NCBI GenBank assembly: GCA_963771885.1
Contig: CAVYVF010000003.1
Span: forward strand, 1 to 30,524
Origin: Candidatus Bathyarchaeota archaeon
GTDB taxonomy: Archaea; Thermoproteota; Bathyarchaeia; TCS64
Direction: 5' to 3'
DNA: 30,524 bases
Below the pieces are notes generated by a model, which saw nothing but the letters and a program-made list of their open reading frames with translations, did no database searches and was not told where the DNA came from. The stretch's first letter is position 1, and each line of letters starts with the position of its first letter. This document shows positions 29,997-30,524 of the stretch, one piece after another. A program made the translations under genes and the position numbers.

Positions 29997-30412
29997 ATGG
30001 AGCCAAAAAACGTTGATGCGGTAAAACGGTTCTATGGCTACGTTGACTCGGGGAAACCCGAGGCACTTGGAACTTTGTTTGCCCCCGAGGCTAAAGTATT
30101 CTACGAGTCCAGTGACCCAGTTTTACTAGACAATATGATTCCAGTGATCAAGACTTTCTATGCTTCCTTCCCCGACTTCAAACATATTATCGAGGACATC
30201 TTCGAGGTTGGAGACAGGGTTGTAGCCAGGATGTCATTTACCGGTACTTTAGGAATGGTTTCATGGGTTTTGAACCAAATGGCTCGGGTTTCAAGTATGT
30301 GGGTGTCCACATCTTCCAATTTAGTGATGGAAGGATATCCACTGTCTGGGCTGTTGAGGATGAGTTGGGCTTGATGGCTCAGCTGGGTTTCCAACTCAAG
30401 CCTAAGAATTAA
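29997..30412 (+). CDS. SnoaL-like ester cyclase/NTF2-fold protein (frameshift near 30248)
   Basis: SFPDFKHIIEDIFEVGDRVVARMSFTGT, then shifted FMGFEPNG..GVHIFQFSDGRISTVWAVEDELGLMAQLG. Confidence 0.88.
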
Positions 30413-30524
30413 TGAATCGGATGCGCGCGGGGTGGGGTCAACCCTTTGAATGGCGCGCGCTATATAACAACATGCAAACCTATTCAATCTTCTACAACCG
30501 TACGAGGGTCAGGTGAAGATAGAT

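Noticed and set aside
355..30412. Many frameshifted genes, read as mass pseudogenisation or programmed frameshifting
   Set aside because: The breaks are single-base indels, often in short homopolymers, with catalytic motifs intact and no evident nonsense substitutions. This is typical of unpolished long-read assembly; short-read polishing would decide.
34..30487. Antisense and alternate-frame ORFs from the track (e.g. 7760..8422, 13164..13718, 15501..16076, 16338..16739, 10107..10415, 29107..29445)
   Set aside because: They are shadows of well-supported genes and have no recognisable motifs.

Overview
Archaeal genomic window (TBP gene, archaeal-type tRNA-Leu, TATA/GGTGA signals). The gene content suggests Bathyarchaeia, but this is inference. 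It is a compositionally mosaic accessory region of about 35 genes for transport, catabolism and regulation. About 15 genes are split by single-base indels, most likely uncorrected long-read errors. A tRNA-Leu(CAA) has a decayed tyrosine-integrase start at its 3' end, a duplicated att/int-start segment, and a GNAT gene bracketed by 20-bp palindromic direct repeats. The best candidate for a novel system has three parts: (1) two paralogous Cys4 microproteins missed by the ORF track (RCES[YF][WY]IxxCx[VI]xDxxxCxECR), each leading an enzyme gene; (2) a recurring 10-bp-periodic GTATAC operator upstream of both; (3) the same operator as a four-box array upstream of one of two paralogous ribbon-helix-helix regulators. 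Other signals are (GC)n alternating runs concentrated at gene boundaries and a helically phased CATTTC array beside a very AT-rich orphan gene.
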